Origin: a virus
Lineage: Duplodnaviria; Caudoviricetes
Direction: 5' to 3' (one strand)
DNA length: 42,736 bases
IMG/VR virus record: IMGVR_UViG_3300032233_000641
Span: 1 to 42,736 of that record
The position numbers and the translations under genes are program-made. Below, piece after piece: positions 1-9,700 of the stretch. The notes beneath the pieces are model-generated. The model saw nothing but the letters and a program-made list of their open reading frames with translations, was not told the DNA's origin and did not search any database. Within the stretch, counting starts at the first letter, position 1; each line of letters opens with the position of its first letter.

Positions 1-1
1 T

Positions 2-142
2 CCAACCTATTATGCAATAGGTGCTGCTGATTCAAGTACAACACAACCTTTTATTGGTTATCTTGACGATGTTCGTATTACTAAAGCTTGCCGGTATTTT
101 GGTACATTCACTCCACCAACGTCGCAACTACAAGATCAATAA
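2..142 (+). CDS. 3' end of tail fibre/receptor-binding protein with LamG/ConA-like domain (partial)
   Basis: Frame 2 reads ...FIGYLDDVRITKACRYFGTFTPPTSQLQDQ*, the typical C-terminal GY(I/L)DD(L/V)RIT..RY..FTPP motif of phage LamG-like domains. Confidence 0.75.
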   Translation, partial: PTYYAIGAADSSTTQPFIGYLDDVRITKACRYFGTFTPPTSQLQDQ

Positions 143-144
143 TT

Positions 145-318
145 ATGGACATCAACTTAAAATTTACGATTGACGAGATTAACGAGCTGCTGACTGCATT
201 GGGTCAGCTCCCCTACACTTATTCATTCCAGCTTATTCAAAATATTCATAATCAAGCTATTCCGCAGATACAAGCTGCTAATGCTGAGAAGGTAGAGCCA
301 GAGGTCGTAAATGGCTGA
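145..318 (+). CDS. small tail-fibre-associated protein
   Basis: ATG 2 nt after the fibre stop (MDINLKFTIDEINELLTALGQLPY...); position suggests a chaperone-like role. Confidence 0.6.
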   Translation: MDINLKFTIDEINELLTALGQLPYTYSFQLIQNIHNQAIPQIQAANAEKVEPEVVNG

Positions 319-508
319 CGATACAGAAATAAAATTAGCTGTTCATGAAGCTGTTTGCGCTGAACGCTATCAGGGCATTCAAAGCAGATTTGATGAAGGT
401 TCTAGCCGTATGCATAGGATTGAATATCTTTTGTATGGCGTAATAATTCTTGTCTTACTAGGCCCCGGTGTTGCTGCCGAGTTTGTAAAGAAACTTTTAG
501 GATTATAA
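311..508 (+). CDS. holin/hemolysin-like membrane protein
   Basis: HEAVCAERY coiled segment plus C-terminal TM helix; first gene of lysis cluster. Confidence 0.6.
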   Translation: MADDTEIKLAVHEAVCAERYQGIQSRFDEGSSRMHRIEYLLYGVIILVLLGPGVAAEFVKKLLGL

Positions 509-509
509 A

Positions 510-1121
510 ATTGAACTTCTTACGATCCTTGCTGGTGCAAAAATGGCTGCTGCCGCTATTAGGCAGGGCTGCGCTTTATATCAGGAGTACAAAGCTCAAG
601 GTATGGAGCTTGTGGACACATACGGTCAAGCCAAAGATGTGGTTGCTGACATTAGTAGCCATCTGGGAAACTTTTTTAAAGCGCATGAGCAGATTGAAAA
701 ACATGTTCACGAAGAAGAGTTAAAGGCTAAGAAGTCTCGTGACCCTGATCTGTCTGTTAATCAAGAAGCTTTTAACAGAGTCATGGCAGTAAAGGAAATG
801 AATAGATTAGAAACAGAGTTACGCGAAACCCTCGTGTACTCAGCACCAAAAGAGCTCGGCGCAATTTGGACAGCTTTTGAAGCTATGCGCGATAAGGTGA
901 AAGAGGAAAGAGCAGAGGTTCAGCGTCAAGAACTACAGAAACAGAGGGTAGCTCAATGGCGACGGGAAAATATAAAAAGAAAAATCGCGGAGCAAATGAC
1001 GTTAATTCTAGCGGTCGCGTTCATAATATTTTGGTTTCTATGGGTAATGATTCTAATAAGGATGAGTCACACATATCATGGACAGTTTTCTTTGCCGTCA
1101 TTGTGGTGTGTCTTGTGTTAG
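510..1121 (+). CDS. coiled-coil membrane protein of lysis region (probable ATT start at 510; first ATG at 543)
   Basis: Long coiled coil with C-terminal TM (ILAVAFIIFWFLWVMILI); frame open from 501; AGGA at 499-502. Confidence 0.65.
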   Translation: MELLTILAGAKMAAAAIRQGCALYQEYKAQGMELVDTYGQAKDVVADISSHLGNFFKAHEQIEKHVHEEELKAKKSRDPDLSVNQEAFNRVMAVKEMNRLETELRETLVYSAPKELGAIWTAFEAMRDKVKEERAEVQRQELQKQRVAQWRRENIKRKIAEQMTLILAVAFIIFWFLWVMILIRMSHTYHGQFSLPSLWCVLC

Positions 1122-1252
1122 TTGTTGCAATTCCTGCGCTGGCGATTATGTACGGTGACATGGCAAACGCAACTGCTCGGGCGATGGAAGAAACAAAAAA
1201 GATGCGTGAATTACGCGCCAAGATAATGATGGAAATGCAGGGGGAACAATGA
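956..1252 (+). CDS. single-TM membrane protein overlapping upstream gene (alternative start 1040)
   Basis: GAGGG 7 nt before ATG 956; TM helix then coiled coil; stop overlaps next ATG (ATGA). Confidence 0.55.
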   Translation: MATGKYKKKNRGANDVNSSGRVHNILVSMGNDSNKDESHISWTVFFAVIVVCLVLVVAIPALAIMYGDMANATARAMEETKKMRELRAKIMMEMQGEQ

Positions 1253-1509
1253 CAATGCAAGATATTTTAAAAGCCGTGTTGCCTATTCTTGTTGCTGCTA
1301 TTGGTTGGCTGCTTGGTGAGGTTGGTTCTTTTAACACACGCTTGACTAAGATTGAAGGGTCAATGCCAGCTTTGATTACTGAACAAGGTATTCCAACTGA
1401 CAGCCCTATTTCAACCGAGCGTCGCCATGCCATGAAAGAAGAAATTTACAAAGAAATCCATGACTTGCAAGTACGGGTCAAACTGATGGAAGAAAGAGGT
1501 AAACACTAA
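1249..1509 (+). CDS. holin-like membrane protein
   Basis: N-terminal TM helix, GGGGA RBS, translationally coupled on both sides. Confidence 0.55.
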   Translation: MTMQDILKAVLPILVAAIGWLLGEVGSFNTRLTKIEGSMPALITEQGIPTDSPISTERRHAMKEEIYKEIHDLQVRVKLMEERGKH

Positions 1510-2024
1510 TGCTGACACTACTTTCAACACTCGTTAGTTTCTTGATGGGTGGCTTGCCTAAAATACTCGATCTGTTTCAAGATCGTGCTGACAAATCTCA
1601 CGAACTAAAGTTGGCGCAGTTGCAGACAGAACGCGAAATGCAGTTATTAGCGGCAGGTTACGCAGCACAACAACATATAGAAGAAATCAAGCTAGACGAG
1701 ATAAAGACGCAGACAGCTTCTGCGGAGAAAGTCTCGCTAATCGACGCACAACAAGCCGAGATGAGTGCCATCTATGCCCACGACACTAGCCTTAATGAAG
1801 GCACATCCACATGGATGAAAGACTTCCGCGCATCGGTTCGTCCTGTGATTACTTACGGGTTTTTCTTCCTACTGGTTGGTATTGATTCTGTGTTGGCATA
1901 CAAAGGTTTGACTAGCGGCGTGGAATTTAATGCGTTGGCTGACCAGCTTTGGGATAACGAGACTCAGGCGTTATTTGCTTCAATCATAGCGTTCCACTTT
2001 GGTGGACGGGCGTTTGGTAAATGA
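1509..2024 (+). CDS. holin (GTA 3-TM holin-like)
   Basis: N-terminal TM, coiled coil, RASVRP motif, two C-terminal TMs ending FHFGGR. Confidence 0.75.
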   Translation: MLTLLSTLVSFLMGGLPKILDLFQDRADKSHELKLAQLQTEREMQLLAAGYAAQQHIEEIKLDEIKTQTASAEKVSLIDAQQAEMSAIYAHDTSLNEGTSTWMKDFRASVRPVITYGFFFLLVGIDSVLAYKGLTSGVEFNALADQLWDNETQALFASIIAFHFGGRAFGK

Positions 2025-2098
2025 TCTACGTAATTTATTTCAGGATGTTAGTCACCCTAATAGCTAGTGTGTATTTAATTTTGCATTTACCAAAATGA
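2021..2098 (+). CDS. 25-aa hydrophobic mini-protein
   Basis: MIYVIYFRMLVTLIASVYLILHLPK*; ATGA overlaps with both holin stop and endolysin start. Confidence 0.55.
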   Translation: MIYVIYFRMLVTLIASVYLILHLPK

Positions 2099-2571
2099 TT
2101 AGCAAAAAAGCACTTGACATGATTAAGCACCATGAAGGGGTAAGGACTAAACCTTACCAATGCCCTGCTAAGTTGTGGACAATTGGGGTGGGGCATGTGA
2201 TTGACCCTAACCACGGCAAGTTGAAGATTGAAGACCGAGTAGGTTTACCTTGCCCAGAGGGCTGGAACAGAGCATTTACGATGGGAGAGGTCGATGCCAT
2301 TCTTGCCAAAGACCTTGAGCGGTTTGAACGTGGAGTTCTTAGATACTGTCCTAGTGCTGGCTCTAGGCAAGGCTGGATGGACGCTCTGGTCAGTTTTAGC
2401 TTCAATGTAGGCTTGGGTACTCTGCAACGCTCTACGCTGCGCCAGAGGCACAACAGAGGCGATTACGAAGGTGCTGCAGAGGAGTTCTTGAAATATACAA
2501 AGGCTGGTGGCAAAGAGCTCAAAGGATTAGTGAATAGACGTAAAGATGAGCGTGCTCTTTATCTACTTTGA
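2095..2571 (+). CDS. endolysin, phage lysozyme GH24
   Basis: HEG..R..PY.C....WTIGVGH catalytic region; DALVSFSFNVG, STL and GLVNRR..E motifs. Confidence 0.92.
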   Translation: MISKKALDMIKHHEGVRTKPYQCPAKLWTIGVGHVIDPNHGKLKIEDRVGLPCPEGWNRAFTMGEVDAILAKDLERFERGVLRYCPSAGSRQGWMDALVSFSFNVGLGTLQRSTLRQRHNRGDYEGAAEEFLKYTKAGGKELKGLVNRRKDERALYLL

Positions 2572-2600
2572 TATTCACAAAAATGTAATAGGAGCATAAA

Positions 2601-2768
2601 ATGAAGGCTGTGTGGAACAAACCCCGCCCAAAGAATTTAGGCAAACCTGAGAAACTCAGTCCGAACCAAAAGAAAGCTGCTAAAAGCTTTGCCAAACGGA
2701 CAGGAACCGCATACCCATCGTTAGTAGCCAATATGCATGGCGCTAAGGCAAAGAAAGGTAACTGGTAA
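2601..2768 (+). CDS. small basic protein (55 aa)
   Basis: AGGAG RBS; MKAVWNKPRPK...YPSLVANM; TAATG coupling to next gene. Confidence 0.7.
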   Translation: MKAVWNKPRPKNLGKPEKLSPNQKKAAKSFAKRTGTAYPSLVANMHGAKAKKGNW

Positions 2769-3397
2769 TGGCAGCTGTAATGACATACACCTCGCTGGCA
2801 GCGGATATTGCCAGCTACTTGGAGCGCTCAGACGCCCAAACTATCGCCAAAATTCCTACCTTCATTATGCTGGCTGAGCAGGTCATCGCCAGTGAGATTA
2901 AATTTCTAGGAAACTTGACTGTAAACAACAGTACGATGGTTCTAGGAACGGCTGTCATTGAAAAACCTGCCCGTTGGCACAAGACAGTCTCAATGAACGT
3001 GGTGGTTGCAGGCGAAAGACAGCCTGTTTTCTTACGTAAATACGAATACCTGCGTGAATATTGGCCTGATGCTACAGCTACAGGTGTTCCAGCTTACTAC
3101 GCAGACTACGACTATACGCATTGGCTAGTAGCTCCTACGCCTGCGGCTGCTTATACCTTTGAAATCCTGTACTACCAGCGCCTGCAGCCGTTAGATGACT
3201 CTAATCAGACTAACTGGTTTACTGAATACGCCCCACAAGCTTTGTTATATGGCTCGTTATTACAGGCTATGCCTTACGTAAAGAACGACGACCGCATCCC
3301 TATGTGGCAGGCTCAATACCAGCAGATTATCCAGACACTTAAATCTGAAGATCTCCAGCGTATGGGTGATCGTCAAGCTGTTGCAATGGATAGCTAA
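2768..3397 (+). CDS. head-tail adaptor / tail tubular protein A-like
   Basis: IPTFIMLAE, G.P.YYA, PTPAAAY..EILYY and LLYGSL motifs; first tail-module gene. Confidence 0.7.
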   Translation: MAAVMTYTSLAADIASYLERSDAQTIAKIPTFIMLAEQVIASEIKFLGNLTVNNSTMVLGTAVIEKPARWHKTVSMNVVVAGERQPVFLRKYEYLREYWPDATATGVPAYYADYDYTHWLVAPTPAAAYTFEILYYQRLQPLDDSNQTNWFTEYAPQALLYGSLLQAMPYVKNDDRIPMWQAQYQQIIQTLKSEDLQRMGDRQAVAMDS

Positions 3398-3399
3398 CC

Positions 3400-4656
3400 A
3401 TGACTACTTACGTCTCCCCGTTTACTGGCGACGTTGTACAGCCTACAGACGTCAGTTATAGGTCTTTTAACCTATCTGCTAATACGACTCTGTTTTGGCC
3501 TGTAAATGGCAATGCTACGGGCAACTATGCTGCTCGTATCATGGAGGTAACGCCTACAGCGGGTAGCCTATCATTGACCATGCCTGCAGCCAATGAGGTA
3601 TCTGTAGGTACTGACTCCCTTGTTAGGAATTTGACAGGCACACCTTTTACGGTCAAAGACAACGCAGGAGGCACAATTGTCACGGTTGCAGCCAATAAGG
3701 CGCAGTACATTTATGTCACGTCAAACAGTACCGCAGCTGGTACTTGGGGTGTTATTGACTTTGGTGCTGGCACCAGTTCTGCTGACTCTGCTACTCTTGC
3801 TGGGTACGGCTTACTGGCTATTACAACGACGCTAAACCAAAGCCATCCTTCTTCTGTTTTTACTAACGGCTACACGTTTGTGGCTGCTGACAGAGCTCAG
3901 ACTAAGGTCTGGGCAAGTGGTACAGGTACGGTTTACCTGCCTGCGGTTGCTTCTGTTGGAAACAATTGGTTCTTTCTACTCAAGAATAACGGCACAGGCT
4001 CATTGACTGTTGACGGTTCTGGCGCAGAGCTTATTGACTTAGGTTTAACCAAAACATTTGCCCCAGATGAATCTGCGTTCCTTATTTGTACTGGCACAGA
4101 ATGGGTAACTGTAGGCTACGGTAAAAGCTCTAACTTTGTTTTTACTGCGCTTACTAAGCCTGTTACTGGCGGCAGCTACACCATTACTCCTAGTGAGGCT
4201 GCGAACACTATTCAAGAGTACGTAGGCATATTGGTTAGTAATGTCACTGCTTATTACCCCCCAGCGGTTAACTTGTACGTCATTAGTAACCAAACAACAG
4301 ACAATGGTTATACCTTGACGGTATCCACAGGGGTTGTTGGTGGCTTTAACGCTACGGTTCCCCCCGGTGCTCAGGTAACTTTGATCTGCGATGGTACAAA
4401 CTTCTTAAACGCCAACACGGTGCAAGTTGGTGCGACTAACTTAAGTATCGTTAGTGGTACGGCTAACTTGCCGGGTATGAACTTTGCGGCAGAAACCAGT
4501 ACAGGTATTTATCGCCCCGGCATTGGTCAGTTTGGCGTTTCAATTCAAGGCACTCTACGATCTAACTTAGATGCTACTGGGTTAACTATAGTTGGCGCGG
4601 TAAACGGCACAACTGGTACGTTTACTACTGGAATTTCTGGGGGCGTGTTTACATGA
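3400..4656 (+). CDS. virion structural (tail) protein
   Basis: T/G/S/A-rich beta-type composition; lies between adaptor and stabilisation protein. Confidence 0.6.
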   Translation: MTTYVSPFTGDVVQPTDVSYRSFNLSANTTLFWPVNGNATGNYAARIMEVTPTAGSLSLTMPAANEVSVGTDSLVRNLTGTPFTVKDNAGGTIVTVAANKAQYIYVTSNSTAAGTWGVIDFGAGTSSADSATLAGYGLLAITTTLNQSHPSSVFTNGYTFVAADRAQTKVWASGTGTVYLPAVASVGNNWFFLLKNNGTGSLTVDGSGAELIDLGLTKTFAPDESAFLICTGTEWVTVGYGKSSNFVFTALTKPVTGGSYTITPSEAANTIQEYVGILVSNVTAYYPPAVNLYVISNQTTDNGYTLTVSTGVVGGFNATVPPGAQVTLICDGTNFLNANTVQVGATNLSIVSGTANLPGMNFAAETSTGIYRPGIGQFGVSIQGTLRSNLDATGLTIVGAVNGTTGTFTTGISGGVFT

Positions 4657-6467
4657 CAAAAAAAGTATTCGCCCTTGATACTCAAGCTGGAATCCAACGA
4701 GACGGCACTATTTTTGACATGAACTTTTACACCGACGGACGTTGGGTAAGGTTTCAGCGTGGCCGTCCCCGTAAAGTATTGGGCTACCGTCAAATTACAG
4801 CCAAGCTGGCAGGCCCTTCGCGTGGTTTGTACGTCAACCCACAGCCTAACTTCAATTACGTCTACAACGGCTATTCTGACGGCTTGCAGGTCATCCCTAT
4901 TACGAATAACGGGACTGGTTCTGGCGTGTCTGATTTTACTTTAACTAACTTTACGGCCAACGCTACTAACCTTTGGCAGTTTGATACGTTTTTTGATACG
5001 ACTGGCGGCGGTACAGAAAGTTTAGTTGCTCATCCGGGTAGGAATCTGTCAGACATTGCAAACACTGTAGATACCCCTGTATTGATTGGCAATAGCACTG
5101 GCACCACAATGGCAGCAATGGCTAGTAGTGGTTCTTCAATTTCAGTATCTGGCGGCGTAGTCGTTCTTCACCCTTATGTGTTTGTTTACGGAAACAATGG
5201 GCTGATTAAGAACTGCGCTGCTGGTGATCCAACAAACTGGACAACGCTGCAGGCTAACGAGACAAACGTAGCAGGCTCAAAGATCGTCCAAGGCTTGCCA
5301 GTACGTGGCGGTTCTAACTCTCCAGCTGGGTTGTTTTGGTCATTGGATTCACTAATCCGTGTGTCTTATGCACCGCAAACTATTACTGTTGGAGCTGTAG
5401 CAACAACTTTATACTGGCGCTACGATATTATTTCTAGCCAGTCTTCAATATTGTCTGCTCAGTCAGTTATTGAATATGACGGTATTTATTACTGGTGTGG
5501 CGTTGACCGTTTTCTAATGTACAACGGTGTGGTCAAAGAAATCCCAAACAACATGAACCAGAACTACTTCTTTGACAACCTGAACTATGCTCAGCGTCAA
5601 AAAGTATATGTGACTAAGGTTCCACGTTATGGCGAGATTTGGTGGTTCTACCCTCGTGGTGACTCTACAGAGTGCAATGACGCGATTATCTACAATGTCC
5701 GTGAACAGACGTGGTACGACGCTGGGACAGCTCTAGGAGCCCGTAGATCAGCTGGTTACTTCTCTCAAGTGTTCCAATACCCTATCAACGTGGGCTGGGA
5801 ATACCAGTCTATTGGGGGTGTAAATGCCACATCTATTACTAACGCTGGAGGTTCTTATACTAACGGCTCGTACACCAACGTCGCCCTTACTGGTGGTAAT
5901 GGTACAGGGGCTATTGCAAATATTACGGTGGCTGGGGGTATTGTTACCGTTGTTACTATCGTTGATCACGGCGTCAATTATTCTGTTAGTGACGTTCTAA
6001 CCGCAACTATTCCAGCTGGCTCTGGGTTCCAATTAACTGTAACTACGTTAATGAACTTTGTGTCTTTGTGGCAGCATGAAATAGGGACAGACTCAATTCA
6101 AGGTACGAACATAAACGCTATTGAGAGCTACTTCCAGACCAATGATCTTGGCTGGGTAGGTGGTGGCCCATCACAGCCTCAGCCAGTTGGTGAGAACCGT
6201 TGGATTCATTTAGAGCGTGCTGAGCCTGACTTTATTCAAACTGGCGACATGGAAATGTATGTTGTAGGACGCCCATTTGCTCAAGAGACTGACGTTACTA
6301 CTGGCCCTTATGTGTTCTCCCCAACGACTGGCAAGATTGACTTGCGTGAGCAACGCAGAGAACTGCGGTTGACGTTTAGATCAAATGTGGCAGGCGGTGA
6401 CTACCAGCTTGGTAAGTTGTTGTTAAACGCAGATATTGGCGACGTCAGGGGCTATTCAAATGGCTAA
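4653..6467 (+). CDS. tail tubular protein B / DNA stabilisation (nozzle) protein
   Basis: 604 aa, beta-propeller-like; RWVRFQRG and EIWWFYP....ECN..IIYN..E.TW motifs. Confidence 0.7.
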   Translation: MTKKVFALDTQAGIQRDGTIFDMNFYTDGRWVRFQRGRPRKVLGYRQITAKLAGPSRGLYVNPQPNFNYVYNGYSDGLQVIPITNNGTGSGVSDFTLTNFTANATNLWQFDTFFDTTGGGTESLVAHPGRNLSDIANTVDTPVLIGNSTGTTMAAMASSGSSISVSGGVVVLHPYVFVYGNNGLIKNCAAGDPTNWTTLQANETNVAGSKIVQGLPVRGGSNSPAGLFWSLDSLIRVSYAPQTITVGAVATTLYWRYDIISSQSSILSAQSVIEYDGIYYWCGVDRFLMYNGVVKEIPNNMNQNYFFDNLNYAQRQKVYVTKVPRYGEIWWFYPRGDSTECNDAIIYNVREQTWYDAGTALGARRSAGYFSQVFQYPINVGWEYQSIGGVNATSITNAGGSYTNGSYTNVALTGGNGTGAIANITVAGGIVTVVTIVDHGVNYSVSDVLTATIPAGSGFQLTVTTLMNFVSLWQHEIGTDSIQGTNINAIESYFQTNDLGWVGGGPSQPQPVGENRWIHLERAEPDFIQTGDMEMYVVGRPFAQETDVTTGPYVFSPTTGKIDLREQRRELRLTFRSNVAGGDYQLGKLLLNADIGDVRGYSNG

Positions 6468-6711
6468 TAACGTATCCCTTATTTACGACCCAAGAAACCA
6501 TACGTTTGATAGCTGGGCTTCGCTTATGTGTGAGTTGTATGCAGCTCAACAGTTAGAGATACCTGCCAAAGATACTGATTGGCGTACATGGGGGGAAGGT
6601 CTTAAAGCTATTGATGTGTTCACTAACGAAGCTGTGCCGGGGACTATTCCATTCGATAACTGGATGGATTGGGCTCAGGCTGTCGTTGGCGCTGTTCAGC
6701 CAAGGGAATAA
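6460..6711 (+). CDS. small virion-associated protein
   Basis: MANNVSLIYDPR..FDSWA, W-rich; overlaps previous stop. Confidence 0.6.
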   Translation: MANNVSLIYDPRNHTFDSWASLMCELYAAQQLEIPAKDTDWRTWGEGLKAIDVFTNEAVPGTIPFDNWMDWAQAVVGAVQPRE

Positions 6712-6713
6712 TC

Positions 6714-9700
6714 GTGTCAGTTTCTAGTTTACCAAAACTCGATGACTTTAAAAAAGCTATTGCAGCCGTTAAAGCTGCCAATACTAAGTACACAACCGCC
6801 CAGAACAGCCTGAAGCCTTCCCAAGAGGCTATTGATAAAGCCAAGGGTCTTTTAGACACAGCTAGAGACACGCTTAATTCTCTGCAAGGTGACTACAACA
6901 ATAAGTCGTATCTAAACAATTCAACGTATCAATCTGCTTACAGTACATATCAAACCGCCGCAGACAAAGCTAATTCTCTTGAAAGCTACTGGCGTTCACG
7001 GGACTGGTTAAATTCTGACTCTGGCTATCAGAATGCTGCAAATGCATACAACATAGCTAAAGACTTTATTGATTCAGGCAAGTACCTGCAGAATAACTCT
7101 GCCTATCAGACAGCGGCTAATAACTTAACAACAGCTCAGCAAAAACTTGAGACAGCTAAAAATTATTTAAATTCTGAAGACTATCTAAACAAGAACTCAA
7201 CGTATCAAAACTTGTTGTCTGCACGTCAAACAGCTGAAAACACGTTAAATCAAGCACGAGACTTTTACGACTCTGGCAGGTATTACAGAGATAACTCTAC
7301 GTATAACAATTATGTTAATGCGTTTAATGATGCCGACAGAAAGCTTAATGACCTACGTAATTGGAAAGACTCTGGTCGCTATCTTGAAGAGAACTCAGCG
7401 TACAAGAATGCTGTAAACGCAATACCTTCAAAAGAAGATGCACTGCGTGCGGCAGAGAACAAATTAGATAACTGGTCTGGTGCTCGTTCTGGTTCTGCTT
7501 GGAACAGTGCAGTATCTGCCAAGGTAGCTGCCGATACTGCCCTTGGTAACGCATGGACAGCTAGAGATAAAGCTGCTGAAGCCGCATCTAATGCTGCTGA
7601 CACGCTTATTAGAAACCAAGACACTACACGTAGCACGGCAGAGACAAACGTCAATAAGACTAGAGACTCTTTAGAAGTTGCGGCTAACAAAGCACGAGAA
7701 ACTGCTGAAACCACTTTTAACACTGTCAGAGAAAACATAGACAGGACTAAAGACACATTACGTCAGACTGCAGAGAATACTGTAAACACTGCTCAGTCTG
7801 CTTATGAGAACCTTCAGCCTGCTGTAGACAAGGCTAAAGAAACTGCTGCTAATGCTGCTAACACTGCAAAAAATACAGCAGAAACTAATAAGAACATTGC
7901 TGAGAATAAGGCAGATGAGTTGGCATGGGGTGCTTGGCAAAACTCAGCAAAGGCTGCTGACACTTACAATACTAAAGCAAACGATATTGCCAAAGGTCTT
8001 GAGTCAGTAGCAAACAAAACTGTTGAAACACAAAAGTCTGCTGTTGATTCACAGAACAGTATTTATGAAACAGCTCAGAACAAATACAACGATACATATA
8101 ACGAGATTAAGCCAGACTTTGAAGACTACAACGCCAAGGTAGCTGATTTATCTAATTACGCTCAGACGTTTAAAGAAAACATTGGTGACATTAGTAATAC
8201 TGTTGATGCTAAAGCAGCCAAAACTTTGCTTGATCAATTTAATGCAGAGATTAAGGGTAGCGGTATTCAAGAGCTACAAGATAAAGTTGCTCCATTATTC
8301 TCAGGTATAGACCCAACGGCAAATATACCAAAACTTAATGCTGCGTTTAAAAATGTTAACCCAGATGTTTTTTCAAATATAGATCGTGCTACTGGGATGC
8401 CAATTCTTAATCAAGCTGGTCTTGATAAAGTTTTGAATAAGTATGGCGACAACAACCTTAATTCTGGTCAATACCGCGATAACTACAATGCATTTGGTTG
8501 GAATAGTAGATCAGATGGTTCTTCAGTATCTAGAGGCCCAGCTATCCTTGGTTTGGATATGGGAAATATTCAAGCTGGAATGCAATCATCAAAGGGGTAT
8601 GTTAAATCAGGAACTAGTACAGAAGCTACAGACGCTGATTTTAAAAAAGCTGCAGATACTCTTGAGTTAGATTTTAATAGTTACGTCAAACCAGTCAAGT
8701 TTGTCCCAACCGCAGGCTCTGGGTTAACTGCTGGAATAATTGAGACACCAAATGCTAGAAACTCAAAAGAATATACAAACCCAAATACTGGTGAGACTTA
8801 TCTTGCGCGGATAGATAGTAAAGGTAATTTTACAAATAGTTTAGATAAAACAGCTCTGTACAACGATATTGCAGACAGAACAAAAGACTTTTATGTTGTA
8901 GCTAATGCCTTAGAAGCACCGGGTGCAAACAAACCAGCAGAACATGCTGCGGTTCTGTTTAAAGCTGACGGCGCTGGTAATTTAGTGCCTGTGATAGATG
9001 AAAACGGTAAAGCATCTGCAAGTTATTACAAAACGTCTACTGTTACTCATGCTGGATGGCAAGGGCAATTAGCTGAACTAGCACCGCTTATACAAATGGC
9101 CGCATTAGTTTTTGCGCCCCAATTAGGTGGGATGCTAAATAGTGCCATCGGAGGTATTCAAGTAAGCGCTGCAGTAGCTCCTACGGCTTTTACAATGGGA
9201 CTGCCTGCGGTAACGCTTGCCCAGACTATTGGTGCTACTGGTGTAGCTATGATTTCTGGCGCAGTTCAGAATGCTGTTACATCAGGTTTGATGGGCGGTG
9301 ATATAGGTAAGGCTGCACTTAGTGGTGCTATTAGCCCAGCATTAGCTGGCAACGCTAATAAAATTCTTGAAAATGTAGGTATTGGCCAAGATTCGATTGC
9401 AAAAATTGCAGCCGCAACAAATTTAAGCGCACAACAAGTTACTAACTTAATGGCCAACGGTTTAACAGTTGGTGTTACTGGAGCTGTTCTTGGTGATCCT
9501 AATGCGTTAGAAAATGCGTTGACTAGCACTGCAGGTCAATTTGCTGGTTATGAAGCTCAGAACTTAGTCTATGACACTTTAAAATCGGCTGACCCTAAAG
9601 TATTGGCTGCTACAGCTAATGCTGCAGGCAATGTGGCGAACATAGCTACTCAGACTACTATCAATGGTGGTGATGTATCTCTAGCGTTGCAGAACGCAAT

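Noticed and set aside
88-144. TTG start at 88 from the ORF track
   Set aside because: Overlaps the tail-fibre C-terminus; ATG at 145 right after the stop is more plausible
511-723. 70-aa TTG ORF overlapping the coiled-coil gene
   Set aside because: Alternative frame with no lipobox or motif; shares the RBS region with the ATT candidate, so not fully excluded
6669-6713. Track start of the 1661-aa ORF
   Set aside because: Lies inside the upstream gene; GTG at 6714 has an RBS
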